Source: Eledone cirrhosa (taxonomy: Eukaryota). From it: a stretch of 64,000 bases of DNA. Below the pieces are notes generated by a model, which was not told where the DNA came from, did not search any database, and saw nothing but the letters and a program-made list of their open reading frames with translations. The translations under genes and the position numbers were made by a program. Numbering within the stretch: position 1 is the first letter of the stretch; every line of letters begins with the position of its first letter. The stretch is taken from contig OZ024741.1 of the NCBI GenBank assembly GCA_964016885.1, forward strand, positions 105,152,001-105,216,000. The letters run 5' to 3'. Below are positions 13,463 to 26,440 of this stretch, piece by piece.

Positions 13463-15066
13463 GTGTGTGTGTGAGTGTTCGTGTATGTGCCTGTGTGAGT
13501 GTTCGGGTGTGTGTGTGTGTGTAAATCACCGTTGGAATCGGAGACGTAGGCCGCGAAACACGATCATCACTGACAACGTACTCGAGAGAGAATCCCTTAT
13601 GGTTGATTCCTAACCTGCTAGAAATAGCAGTCAGGTTGGTTAGCATACGTGGTATGTCTTTCTTCTTCTTTGGTGTTATAAAATTAGTATCAATAAACTT
13701 TCCTGGATATACTCTTATCCCAATCCTGTACATACTTTCCGATTGTCACTTGGTTTTTTTCGTGTGATACGTGAAGAAACCAGCCAACAAACATCTCTCT
13801 TTTATATCTCTTTTATTTATTCATTCAAAATATTTTTCAGCTAATTCTGTCGTACAATATACATCAGCAATCGTTATTTAATGTTTAAAACATATGAATA
13901 GCTGCGATATATGCACCATATCAATCAAAAACGATATGAGAATTGAATACCATACTAAAGCGCCAGTAAGCTTGCTAAGAACCTGCAGAGAGAAATGTTA
14001 ATAAATACAACATTTGGCTTGGGTAAACTTTAAGATGTTCTTTCATTGTTTTCTCAACCAGTACGTTAAAGAAAATTGATAGTTACAACAATAACGGTTG
14101 AACAGAGAACAAATTTTTTAACAAACTTTACAATAATTTGTACAACCATAATGGAAATTCCAAGTAACAGAAAATACATAAATTACATTGTTAGAGCCTC
14201 AGAGTATACAATATTTTTGTTCGGCTCTCAGGAGCAAAGATGAAGAGATTGTTTGGCGAGCTCACCCTACAGCATCCTACATACAATTGACCATGTTTGT
14301 CCCAGATGAAGGCCAGCCACATTTAGGGTTTGACCCTGAGCTTTGTTGATGGTAATCGCGAAGCTTAGTCTTTCTGTTGCTCTAGTAACATTTTTTCTTC
14401 TGTAAAATCTGATCTTGTGGCCAGGTTAGGACTTTTTGGGTGGCATATCAGCAGTAACAATGAGGATAAGCCGTCTGTGCTTTCGTGAAATAAATACGTT
14501 TGTTATAACATTTTTTCTTCTGGAAAAGCTGATCTTGCGGCCAGGCTAGGATTTTTGGGTGGCATATCGGCAGTAACAATTATGATAAGCCGTCTGTGCT
14601 TTCGTGAAATAAATACGTTTGTTTATATTTGGTTTTTGTGGATGCAAAAATATCTGTACGAATATATAATTATATATACATATATATTAAAATAACAGAT
14701 TAAAGTTTAAGCAAAAAATCGCTGCTTTCACCTTTAACGGGATCTTCTGAAACTAAAAAAAATCAATCTGTGAACGCAGAAGTAAATATTTCGAAAAACG
14801 TTGCAACCGAAAGAAAACAGGAAGATGATACTTTGGTTCGTGAAGACGTTAGGAATGTCGTATAACCGGAAGTGTTGACATTTGAAAATTTTAAAGAAGT
14901 GAATATTTAAATAATGTCTTTAATCTTTTAACAAAATTCAGTAGACAAAAATACCCTCACTTTCTTAGAAAAAGTTACATCTATGATGCAAATTTGGAGC
15001 CGTTTGTTCCAGCCGCTTGGCGGAAAGTTTGTTACTTACATACGGCCGTCAGCTTTATAGTATAGA
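13218..15066 (-). mobile_element. Non-autonomous Helitron (~1.85 kb)
   Basis: Minus strand begins A^TCTATACTATAAAGCTG at 15066 and ends CTAG^T at 13218; GC hairpin CCCAGC-TTC-GCCAGGG at 13230-13245 just inside the 3' end; inserted in an A|T dinucleotide with no TSD. Confidence 0.75.
14386..14624. repeat. ~120-bp direct tandem duplication inside the Helitron
   Basis: TAACATTTTTTCTTCTG...GCTTTCGTGAAATAAATACGTTTGTT occurs twice (14386-14505, 14506-14624). Confidence 0.9.
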
Positions 15067-15451
15067 TAATATATGTATACAGAGTTGTGCGGCCCACGGT
15101 TGCGAAGCAGATAAAAAGAAGCGCTCAACGACCTGTATAAATGATGCAAGTCGGAGCATTATATATTATTAAAAGATCGGAGGACATATTCAGTTGATTC
15201 AGGTTTATTTAAAACTCCGTTATACATATTTTACTGGTGACTATCGGTTATGATAAACATTCAAAGTTCCTAAAATAAACATCAAATTTTTAATAATGCA
15301 ATAATTTCCCCGAAAAAAAGTTTCTTTTTGGGGTCCAGCTGAACGTGTGGTGTTATTTTTTCGACGACCGGCCCCTGTATGACCCTAAGAATTTTGGCGG
15401 AAGTGTTGGTCGGTTTAGGAAGTAACGAAAACGGCTGGCGGCACTTCTCCC

Positions 15452-15515
<64 letters not shown>

Positions 15516-15550
15516 TATATAGATATATATATATATATATAGATATATAT

Positions 15551-15602
<52 letters not shown>

Positions 15603-15610
15603 CTGTGTGT

Positions 15611-15648
<38 letters not shown>

Positions 15649-15689
15649 GCGTGTGTGTATATACATACATATATAAACATATATATATA

Positions 15690-15900
15690 TAGTAATAATA
15701 ATAAACGGGAAGACTGAAATCCGAAGAGGGCTCGATAAGGATAATATATATATAAAATAAAAACCATAGAGCAAATAACATTAAAGTTTAAGCAAAGAAT
15801 CGCTGCTTTCACTCTTAACGGGATCTTCTGAAAGTTTCAGAAGATCCCGTTAAGAGTGAAAGCACCGATTCTTTGCTTAAACTTTAATCTGTTATTTCAA
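15690..15900. mobile_element. PLE pLTR fragment (family X) folded into a near-perfect ~125-bp hairpin
   Basis: Arms ~15773-15833 and ~15835-15897 centred on GAAAGTTTC; same family at 8365-8400/12495-12590, 14690-14870 and 35120-35715. Confidence 0.75.
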
Positions 15901-16596
15901 TATATCCTAAACGGACGGTAGTCCGTTTAGTAATATTGTTGTGGTCGTGTTTTCGTTGGCAATCGTCTGTTTACGACAGTACAGCGCGGCTCTACTTTAT
16001 TTAACTGAGATAAAACTTATATGAGCATGAACAGTAGATCATTACGCATCTTTTGGCTTAAAAATCTAGGAATTTGGTCCAGCAGGAAAAAGTTTATAAT
16101 CAAAGTTTGCTGATAAATCTTGTGTTCAAGTGAGTGAGTAGTAAGCGTGATGCTAGGGGAGGTAATCCAGAAATGACGAATTTATTCCATGCATCCGATT
16201 TTCAGTGATTCAATGGGCATTTTATCAGAGATGATAAGGTATTTGACCACGTTTTGCTTTGTAAGTAAATTGGAGAGAATCACTGCAGTCAAAGTAATTT
16301 CTTTGCATGGGTTTTTGTCCATTCTAAAAAGTTAAAATGATAAAGTATTACTACTATATAACTTACATCTATTATTGTAACACCATTGAAATGCACAAGT
16401 TTCACCAATTCACTATTATGCACTAATCATCTCAAATGCATTCATGATTTACTAGCTTTGTCATTAAGCCAGTTGCCTCAACTAGATTGCAATTATACTC
16501 AAAAGAACTTTAAAATGTCAATCACTTGTCAGTAATTCACTATGATCATTTAATTATTAGATAGTTGTTGCTTGCATTGCCTTAAAAAATAGTAGA

Positions 16597-17668
16597 CCAG
16601 ATAGAAAAATGCGTACAGCAAAAAAAAGTAATATTGTTGGAATATAAACCTTTAAAAATACAGGACAAGAAACTAAAATAAAACTTTAAAAGAATAGGAC
16701 AAGAAACTAAGATAAAACTTTAAAAGAATAGGACAAGAAACTAACATAAAACTTTAAAGAATTGGACAAGAAATAAAAAATTTTACAATAATATTAGTGG
16801 CAAAATTTTTTTATTCGTTTCCTGTGCTATGATTAGTACATAATAATTGTCATGCTCTCATTGTGCGTTGCCCCTGAGCGGTTGGTTCTGGTTGGGGTTG
16901 GTTGGCTGAGCAGTTCTGCTCCGTCAGAATGACCATTGCAAGAAGAATTGGCCGATGCAGCTGCAGGTCTCCTCCAAGAATGCACTTCTGGTCCCGCAAC
17001 ACCAGACGAAGATGGAGAAGACGACCGGGACAAGATGTCGACTCTGACCATCGACTACGGCACCTCCCTCAACCACAGGTCCTCCCTCCCTCTGTCCTGT
17101 CATCCCTCCAGTCCTCCTGCTCCCCCTTCCTGTACCAGAAAGCTGTGGCACGCATTCATCTGGACTGCCGGACTTGAACTCAAGGACAAGATGCAAGGAG
17201 AAGATGGACGGGTTGGTCAAGATCAAGGATGAGCGGGACGACAAGACCGTCCGCTGCTGCTCAAGATCTGTGCTCATGGGCCCATGGGTCCATTCACATT
17301 ATGCATGACACATGAGGCGTGTCGCCGAATGATGAAATAGGGGTATGGTTATGGCCCAATTGGTGTTCAAACCAGGATCAAATCCCCCCGGTCTGACGAC
17401 GACCTCTGAATGTGGAACCCAGAGCCTATGAATGTGGAACTCGATTTTTTACCAATAAAAATTTGGCCACTAATATTATTGTAAAATTTTTTATTTCTTG
17501 TCCAATTCTTTAAAGTTTTATGTTAGTTTCTTGTCCTATTCTTTTAAAGTTTTATCTTAGTTTCTTGTCCTATTCTTTTAAAGTTTTATTTTAGTTTCTT
17601 GTCCTGTATTTTTAAAGGTTTATATTCCAACAATATTACTTTTTTTTGCTGTACGCATTTTTCTATCT

Positions 17669-17671
<3 letters not shown>
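16597..17671 (+). mobile_element. Internally deleted Naiad-like PLE remnant bounded by ~215-bp inverted repeats
   Basis: 16597-16811 is the reverse complement of 17456-17671, with ~33-bp GGACAAGAAACTAA subrepeats; GC-rich interior carries RCSCRS, CRL and TSLNHRS...CH remnants of the linker/EN; CTGACGA at ~17393. Confidence 0.55.
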
Positions 17672-17723
<52 letters not shown>

Positions 17724-17912
17724 ATTAAATGCACAAGTCTCTGATATCAAAGTGGCTAAAAAGTGTGAGCAGAAGGACACCCAGGCTCCTTTACAGTGTA
17801 AAGACGTGAAAGGCCGAACCATTTTTATGAGGGGGACTTATTCTCTGAAGGCCTTCTTCTGTCCAGCTCTCCCGGGAGTTGACTTTCTTAATACTATATA
17901 TATATATATAGA

Positions 17913-18213
17913 CAGTGTACATTCTCGGTCCCATTTATTCGCGGAATTTTCCTTAGAACCTAATTGAAACCATGACATATTAGCGGAATCGTAAATATCT
18001 TTCAGGATTTTGTTGTCTTTTTTCGTGGCAATATATATTTTTTCACGCTTTTTAACGCCATATATCAATACACCGTATTTGCCGGTCTATATTTTACGTT
18101 ATGTTTTGACGCTTACAGGCCTTTTTATGGACCATGTCCAATATTTGCGGTCTTCATTCACTCTTCGTGGGTGCTCTAGGAACGTAACCCCTGCGAATAA
18201 CGGGGTACAACTG
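17913..18213. mobile_element. Tigger/pogo-like MITE (~300 bp)
   Basis: Imperfect TIRs CAGTGTAC...CCATTTATTCGCGG and CCTGCGAATAACGGGGTACAACTG, followed by TA. Confidence 0.5.
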
Positions 18214-18480
18214 TATATATATATATATTGAAGGTTAAGATTTTATTATGAATGATAATACTAATCTTAATGACAAAATAAACAGGAGTTCTATGTTGTG
18301 TTTGGTAAAGTGAACGATTGGAATAAGTCACAGTTTGTATCCTGCTCTATTTCTGGATAAATTAATGCCTAGAATTGCTAGTATGTACCATTTATATTTG
18401 AATATTTGCCACTGATGCATTATATATTTTTGTGTATATACCCATATGTGTGTCTACACGCGCACACCCACACACATATA

Positions 18481-18529
<49 letters not shown>

Positions 18530-18604
18530 GTATGTATATATATATATATACGTATGTATATATATATATATACGTATGTATATATATATATATATATACG
18601 TATG

Positions 18605-18667
<63 letters not shown>

Positions 18668-18725
18668 GTATGTATATATATATATATATATATATATACA
18701 TACGTATATATATATATATACATAC

Positions 18726-18768
<43 letters not shown>

Positions 18769-18789
18769 CGTATATATATATATACATAC

Positions 18790-18827
<38 letters not shown>

Positions 18828-18828
18828 G

Positions 18829-18885
<57 letters not shown>

Positions 18886-18891
<6 letters not shown>

Positions 18892-19210
18892 CGAAGGAAA
18901 TGTGGTAAGGAACCAGGTGGACCATAACGCACCAAAGTACTCAATACTTAAGGTAGTAGAGTGGGTAATAGGAACCACTCTAATACCTCAAGTATTGAGT
19001 ACTTTGGTGCGTTATGGTCCACCTGGTTCCTTACCACATTTCCTTCGTTATCTAGCTCCTACTCCCGTAGTAGAGCACTTTCCGACCCTACCACGCCGTA
19101 TCCAGACTTTTCCGCTAAGCTCAATTCTTTTCACCCGCACCATGCGAAAACACAACATTGACTTCTCTACCAAGAACATCCCAATCCTGGGGTCTTACTG
19201 GTTCCTATTA
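18886..19210 (+). mobile_element. PLE pLTR fragment (family Y) with foldback and the start of a Naiad-type ORF
   Basis: Inverted arms ~18887-18965 and ~18975-19051; ATG at 19142 gives [15 protein letters not shown], matching the STKNIP N-terminus at 35294. Confidence 0.75.
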
Positions 19211-19263
19211 TATATACATATATATATACATACGTATATATATATATATATATATGTACATAC

Positions 19264-19345
<82 letters not shown>

Positions 19346-19378
19346 ATACGTATATATATATATATATATATACATACG

Positions 19379-19410
<32 letters not shown>

Positions 19411-19423
19411 CGTATATATATAT

Positions 19424-19457
<34 letters not shown>

Positions 19458-19587
19458 CATACGTATATATATATATACATATATATATACATATATATAT
19501 ATATATTCATACGTATATATATATACATATATATATATATACGTATATATATATATACATATATATATATACATATATATATATACG

Positions 19588-19636
<49 letters not shown>

Positions 19637-19649
19637 GTATATATATATA

Positions 19650-21179
19650 TGAATATAGACATAGAATATTCGAAAATATTCTGTATGTTTATAATAAACA
19701 TTTTGAAGACCTAATCGCTATAGAATAGAATACGTCACGTATTACAATTAGATTCTCGATAAAAGCAAGGGAAGTAATCTACGCGTTTCATTCTTGTTAG
19801 AAATCATCAGGACTACATATCCAGTGCTTTTATCGAGAATGACACAGCTAGAGACTTATAGAATACTTAGCTGTGTACAGGAACTGGTTTGAAAGAGCGG
19901 TCTATATTCACATATATATCGCTATTTCAGAGCATTTATTCCAATTTCTAATTTCTGCCGGACCGGCAACCGCTCTTTCAAACCAGTTCCTGTACACAGC
20001 TAAGTATTCTATAAGTCTCTAGCTGTGTCATTCTCGATAAAAGCACTGGATATGTAGTCCTGATGATTTCTAACAAGAATGAAACGCGTAGATTACTTCC
20101 CTTGCTTTTATCGAGAATCTAATTGTAATACGTGACGTATTCTATTCTATAGCGATTAGGTCTTCAAAATGTTTATTATAAACATACAGAATATTTTCGA
20201 ATATTCTATGTCTATATTCACATATATATCGCTATTTCAGAGCATTTATTCCAATTTCTAATTTCTGCCGGACCGGCAACCGCTCTTTCAAACCAGTTCC
20301 TGTACACAGCTAAGTATTCTATAAGTCTCTAGCTGTGTCATTCTCGATAAAAGCACTGGATATGTAGTCCTGATGATTTCTAACAAGAATGAAACGCGTA
20401 GATTACTTCCCTTGCTTTTATCGAGAATCTAATTGTAATACGTGACGTATTCTATTCTATAGCGATTAGGTCTTCAAAATGTTTATTATAAACATACAGA
20501 ATATTTTCGAATATTCTATGTCTATATTCACATATATATCGCTATTTCAGAGCATTTATTCCAACTTCTAATTTCTGCCGGACCGGCAACCGCTCTTTCA
20601 AACCAGTTCCTGTACACAGCTAAGTATTCTATAAGTCTCTAGCTGTGTCATTCTCGATAAAAGCACTGGATATGTAGTCCTGATGATTTCTAACAAGAAT
20701 GAAACGCGTAGATTACTTCCCTTGCTTTTATCGAGAATCTAATTGTAATACGTGACGTATTCTATTCTATAGCGATTAGGTCTTCAAAATGTTTATTATA
20801 AACATACAGAATATTTTCGAATATTCTATGTCTATATTCACATATATATCGCTATTTCAGAGCATTTATTCCAATTTCTAATTTCTGCCGGACCGGCAAC
20901 CGCTCTTTCAAACCAGTTCCTGTACACAGCTAAGTATTCTATAAGTCTCTAGCTGTGTCATTCTCGATAAAAGCACTGGATATGTAGTCCTGATGATTTC
21001 TAACAAGAATGAAACGCGTAGATTACTTCCCTTGCTTTTATCGAGAATCTAATTGTAATACGTGACGTATTCTATTCTATAGCGATTAGGTCTTCAAAAT
21101 GTTTATTATAAACATACAGAATATTTTCGAATATTCTATGTCTATATTCACATATATATCGCTATTTCAGAGCATTTAT

Positions 21180-21184
<5 letters not shown>
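19650..21184. mobile_element. Retrozyme-like array 1: 310-bp HHR monomer (partial inverted copy plus 4.1 direct copies)
   Basis: Period of 310 bp (TCTATATTCA at 19901, 20211, 20521, 20831, 21141); HHR cores at 20060, 20370, 20680, 20990 (+) and 19804-19810 (-); flanked by (TA)n. Confidence 0.92.
20031..20117 (+). ncRNA. Minimal type I hammerhead ribozyme of the 310-bp monomer (representative copy)
   Basis: GTAGTC-CTGATGA-tTTCT-aaca-AGAAt-GAAA-CGCG-TA|GATTAC; palindromic ACGCGT stem III; helix I extended by TTCTCGATAAAAGCA/TGCTTTTATCGAGAA; predicted cleavage after 20090. Confidence 0.9.
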
Positions 21185-21221
<37 letters not shown>

Positions 21222-21256
21222 GTATGTACATATATATATATATATATATATATACG

Positions 21257-21297
<41 letters not shown>

Positions 21298-21306
21298 GTA
21301 TGTATA

Positions 21307-21350
<44 letters not shown>

Positions 21351-21351
21351 C

Positions 21352-21385
<34 letters not shown>

Positions 21386-21434
21386 GTATGTATATATATA
21401 TACATATATATACGTATGTATATATATATATACG

Positions 21435-21501
<67 letters not shown>

Positions 21502-21590
21502 GTATGTATATATATATATATGTATGTAAATTGAAGTGAAAGCAACTGGTCCGTGTGTTTCTTATTGGCAACATGACCCTCCCAAAGTAT

Positions 21591-21643
<53 letters not shown>

Positions 21644-21645
21644 CG

Positions 21646-21681
<36 letters not shown>

Positions 21682-21688
21682 CACATAC

Positions 21689-21736
<48 letters not shown>

Positions 21737-21752
21737 GTATGTGTATATATAT

Positions 21753-21968
21753 ATAGGAACGAGTAAGATCCCGACGGGTGAGCTCAAGCCGTTTCGACGG
21801 CTAATTCTGGACGGCTAGTCCAGAATTAGCCGTCGAATTGGCTTGAGCTCAGCCGTCGGGGTCTTACTCGTTCCTATTACCCACTCTACTACCCTATATT
21901 ATATATATATATATATAACAAAGGAAATGTGGTAAGGAACCAGGTGGACCATAACGCACCAAAGTACT

Positions 21969-21972
<4 letters not shown>
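21753..21972. mobile_element. Family Y pLTR fragments (~125-bp hairpin plus inverted tail piece)
   Basis: Hairpin 21753-21877; GGGGTCTTACT.GTTCCTATT and AAGGAAATGTGGTAAGGAACCAGG shared with 18886-19210. Confidence 0.7.
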
Positions 21973-22011
<39 letters not shown>

Positions 22012-22144
22012 TGACGTGTACAATCCTTGTGGCTTATCAATTTATGCAATGAGTTTTTTGCCCTAGGTGTTGAGAAAACACTTGGTAAGAGAGGGAAACA
22101 AAACTGAAAGATAAGAAAAAATGAACACAAATAATAATAATAGC

Positions 22145-22350
22145 AATGGTTTGTGATTTGGGCACAAGGCCAGTAATTTGGGGTTAGGAGAAAGTCGATT
22201 AAATCGAACCAGTGCATTACTGATACTTTATTTTATCAACCCGCAATGATGAAAGGCAAAGCTAACCTCGGCGGTATTTAAACTCAGTACGTTAAGGGTC
22301 GTAACTCTATGCTGAAAAGCATGTTGTCCGCCGTCCTAGCGATACTGCCA
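22145..22350 (-). mobile_element. tRNA-derived SINE
   Basis: GGCACAAGGCCAG...GATGAAAGGCAAAGCTAACCTCGGCGG...GATACTGCCA, same family as 12887-13072. Confidence 0.85.
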
Positions 22351-22899
22351 AAAAATGTTAGACTACAAAATGTAATTCAATTTTATATTCAATTTTATTT
22401 TACTAGATTTTATTTCATTTTATTTCATATTTTCTACCATATTTTCTCACTCCCACTACCTTATCTTCCTGGGCTATTGGGCTCTCTTCCTCCCCCACCC
22501 CTCTCTACGAGCTGTTTTTTGTTTTTTACTGTACCTACAATACAGTTCCTTATTCAGCATCCTCTCTTGGCGAAACGCGGACCTACACCGCCACCACGCA
22601 TCTTTGGTAGACCAATGGAATATCATGGATGATAGTAGCAATCTCTCCCAATGACCAACGAAATAATAATGTTAGCCAGATTCAGAGAGGGGGCTGAAAC
22701 ATCTTACTATCCCAGGGATGCTGCTGAAATCTTACCAACACTACAGAGGGTAGTAACAACAGCTATAGTAATGGTGATAATAGGATTGATAATGATAGTG
22801 ATAGTGATAATGATTTCTTTACTGACCACAAAGTGCTTACACGAAGAAAACATTAAGGGCGGCAGTAATAAAAATAATAAAACCCCTGGCGCCTGGCGG

Positions 22900-24840
22900 G
22901 GAGTAACTGTGCCTCATGGGCATGACGAGCTCACTAATCTTGGTTGATAATCGTCCTAGAAGTGGTATATTTAACAAAATTACACCTTGGTGTGGTGATG
23001 AAGGATAAAACGCATAAAGAAACAAAAAAGCCCACAATATCTTCAGAGAAAATCACATACATGATCATTCGTTTCCCGGGTCAGCAAGCACCGCGTCACT
23101 CAGGGAGAAACCAACCTAGGGTCGAAAAGTCTCTAGCTGAAACGAGTCCCTCTCTAAATACGGATTTGAATGGTCACTTGAATGAGAATAATCTCAACCC
23201 AAGTCCTTCATGTTCACATGACAAGAAGGACAAAAAGCTCAACGTACTAAATGGAGTATGAAGAAGTGATGTACACATTCTATCACTCGGTGGGAAAAAC
23301 ATCGGTATCAAAACACACAGTAAATTCTTGTAGGGTATGGAGAAAAAGAGATCAAGAAAGAAGACCAAACCTGGATGAAAACAAACTTGCAAATGTAAAA
23401 AGAGATATTCTTAGAAAAGACTAACAGATGCAGAGTTAAATGAAATTAAGAAGAATGTTGAAGAAGATTTGAGAATACTAATATCAGAAAGGGACAGAAA
23501 TGAATATGTGACAGAAGAGACACCACAAAACGTATTGACTATGTCACCAGGAGAGATTTCACAGAACATTGAGGGTATCAAAAGCACAATAGAGCAAGGT
23601 CAAGCTGAAAGACAGATTGACAATATGGATAAAGGTACTTCTACACATGAACATAAAGATCAGATAGAAAAATCAAAACAAGAAATTCTCAGTGAACTAG
23701 GGAAAATAAAAAGCATTAGTATGGATGAAAGAGAGTCGTTGCCAAAATTGACAAGCAACAACCAGAACAAAAGACACATAAGAACTGGAAATCAGGCTGT
23801 TAAAACAATAATTGAAGAGATGGAACCTAATATATAAGAACTGAATTAAGTTATTTATGTAGCAGCAACGGTAATAGAAAAAAAATGTGGGTTAAAGGAA
23901 AAGTGAAAAGGGTACAACACTCACAAAAAACCACCCTGGAAGTTAAAAATTGAGTAAGAAATTGGAATGACGAGGGGAACATTATAGATCTTGGATGAAA
24001 TATGTGCTGGAAAATCTGTCAAGTCAAGAAAAGGGAGGAAAGAGATTAAGAAAAATAAAGTAACTTCAAGACCTGATATTCCATCAATCAAAGAAACCCT
24101 AAAAGAGAAAGCTCAAAGATTTGAAAAGCGAAATAGGTTTTACAGGCAAAGTAAGCTGTTTATGTCAGATAAAAAAGGTTTTATAAGGAAATTGTAAAGG
24201 AACCTCCTTCAATCTATGAAATTGAAGAATTCTGGAAAGCAATATGGAGTATAGAAAAATCTCATAATGTGAATGGATAATGGATAAAGATCATGGAAGA
24301 AAAATACAATAATTTAGAAAGGCAGACTTGGCAAGACATAATTATAGAAGAACTGGAGTTGGCACTAAAGAAAGCCAACAAATGGAAATCTGGCATTGAT
24401 AAAGTATCAAACTTCTCGCTATATTCTCTAACTGCTACCCATGATATGTTGGTAAAATGTTATATGCACAATAATGAGAAAATCCCTGGTTGGTTTTTAC
24501 AAGGTATAACATATCTCTTCCCAAAATCGACAGAAACAGATATTCTAAAAAATGTTCGCCCTGTCACTTGCCTTCCTACATCATACAAAATTCTCACCTC
24601 AGTCTTGACTGAGACAACCTATAAATTTATGGATGAAAATCACCTTTTCCCTTTTGAGCAGAAAGGGTGTCGCCGTGGATCTTACGGGTACAAAGACCAA
24701 CTTCACATTAACCGCATGATCCTGAAAAACTGTCATTACAAGCACAGAAGTTTGAATACTGCTTGGGTTGATTATAAGAAAGCATTTGATAGTGTTCCCC
24801 ACTCATGGATTTTGAAAATTTTAGATGTTCTGAAAATTAC
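22900..24840 (+). pseudogene. Decayed, 3'-truncated non-LTR retrotransposon RT, R4/Dong-like (RLE type)
   Basis: RQSKLF...FW..IW, NWKS.GID, RPVTCLPTSYKILT, EQKGCRRGSYG.KDQL, WVDYKKAFDSVPHSWI; many stops and frameshifts. Confidence 0.8.
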
Positions 24841-25850
24841 CCAGGTGCCGACCACCTGGATTTCCGAGGTGTTCAACACCATTATGTTGTCGTCCGCATA
24901 TGCCGACACAGCCTTTCCATGTCCCTGTTCAAGCAACGTCAATCGCAATGTCACTACAAACAGCCTCGTCTAATTTAGCTTCCAGTCCCCCCCCCCCCTA
25001 CCTTTCTATTTTTCTCTAATGCTACTTCTTTACTAAAACCTATCGAGATTACTCTAATCACTCTTTTGAGAGCTCCCCACCACCTGTTGTTGATGAGCCT
25101 GTCAACTTTTTCTTAACTAAGTTGTTGACCGGGTCCATGTACGATTCATGTGGCAAGAAAGACATGTTCAGCTTCCAATAAACAAGTCCTAACTTGTGTG
25201 TCTTATCTAGGTTGACCATTCAGATCACAAGTTTGTGATCTGAATAAATGACCGTTTGAAAATGTGGACAACCTATACTATTCTTATCTATTGACTTAAT
25301 AAAGAAAACCTATCTATATACGATCTAGATGACTCTATGCGGTTGTTTCATATTCAAACTGGTGCATGAGAGAAATCTAGCCGGTACCTGTAAAACAGTT
25401 GGAACTGGCTGATGAGGTACTTGAGGCTTTTGGACCCCGCTCCTGTCAGCTACTCCCACACTATCCCAGTGTATATCTAATAGTAGAGGGCCAGGCCTTC
25501 ACAGAAAGGCTTCCAGGCGGCTAAAGAAATCCGGCTGTCCGACCCCGGTTGAGGCGTAGACGACCATCAGTCAAAGGGCAACACATTCACTATTGCTTAC
25601 GTCCATAACCATCAACTTACCATCGGCGAAGATCGACCTTACCTCGAAATCCAGGCCTTTCCTAAACAGCACTGCCACCCCACCTCCCTTTTCAGGTCGA
25701 CTAAGAGATGCGATGATCTGATAGTTACGTGCGTGTGTATCGAAAGTCCTGGTCTCACTGACGGCAGTTACATCCATATCTAGTGCCTTGAGGTCGTTTA
25801 GCAGGCGACCCTGCTCCAGAACGATCCCAGGCCACGAACATTTAAACATC
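24841..25850 (-). pseudogene. Internally deleted L1/Tx1-like LINE fragment (AP endonuclease plus RT YADD)
   Basis: DVTAVSET...GGGVAVLF (25571-25849); SDHKLV and YWKLN motifs by manual reading at ~25170-25245; SAYADD at ~24890-24910. Confidence 0.75.
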
Positions 25851-26299
25851 CTACTCTTAGGATGGCCCTATTGGCAGGCTAAAAGAGAGAGGAAAGGTTT
25901 ACTTACCTCCAGGGGGCTTGTGGGGGTCGTGTGGTTCCACCTTCATAGTTGTTTGGGTTTCATTTGGCAACCTCTTTAAAGTCTTGATGTGGGTTTCACA
26001 TTCGGGGTTCCTACGTCCTGAGAACAGCTCTCCCTGGTCGGTACTTGTCGGACAGTTGGAACTGCCTGATCAGATTCCTGAGGCTTTTGCACCACCCGCT
26101 TCTATCTGCTACTCCAACAAAGTGTTTTACTCAAGGAAATAACGCCTCGCTAGGTCTGGAATTGAACTTGCAACCTCACGATTGTGAATCTAATGTTCTA
26201 ACTACGAAGTCACGTGCCTTGTTTAAAATTCCCAGGACATGCTGTATGTTACTATGACGCCCCTACGACTCCATTAAGAATTATAGGTCCATACATACC

Positions 26300-26440
26300 T
26301 CGGCAGTGGATTGGTAGAGTCGTTAGAACGTCGGACAAAATACTTTGCGGAATTCATGTCGGCTCTTTATTTTCTGAGTTCAAATCCCGTCGAGCTTTAC
26401 TTTGCTTTTTATCTTTTTGAAATCGATAAAAAAGTGCCAG
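26300..26440 (+). mobile_element. Decayed SINE (main family); a second SINE head lies at 26115-26220 (-)
   Basis: GGATTGGTAGAGTCGTTAGA...CTGAGTTCAAATCCCGTCGAG...TTTGCTTTT...TCGATAAA. Confidence 0.7.

Noticed and set aside
15070-15455. Possible DNA transposon/MITE with GC-rich ends
   Set aside because: No matching terminal inverted repeats or TSD could be identified by eye.
17030-17050. In-frame TGA at the CxxC position (CRL*), suggesting a selenocysteine-encoding Naiad
   Set aside because: The frame shifts right there and the expected LxEK segment is missing, so the TGA looks like a deletion junction; the other EN copies have normal Cys codons, and the TGA ending ORF 9780-10016 is not at a Cys position.
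17720-17895. Possible host exon between TA runs
   Set aside because: No recognisable protein motif or convincing splice signals; would need RNA-seq.
19901-21184. CRISPR array or ordinary satellite interpretation of the 310-bp repeats
   Set aside because: No unique spacers, eukaryotic context and no cas genes; the HHR and inverted PLE-like architecture fit a retrozyme better than a plain satellite.
24293-24973. Single 226-aa RT ORF
   Set aside because: Chimeric: the last ~44 codons read through the antisense strand of a different LINE that begins at ~24841.
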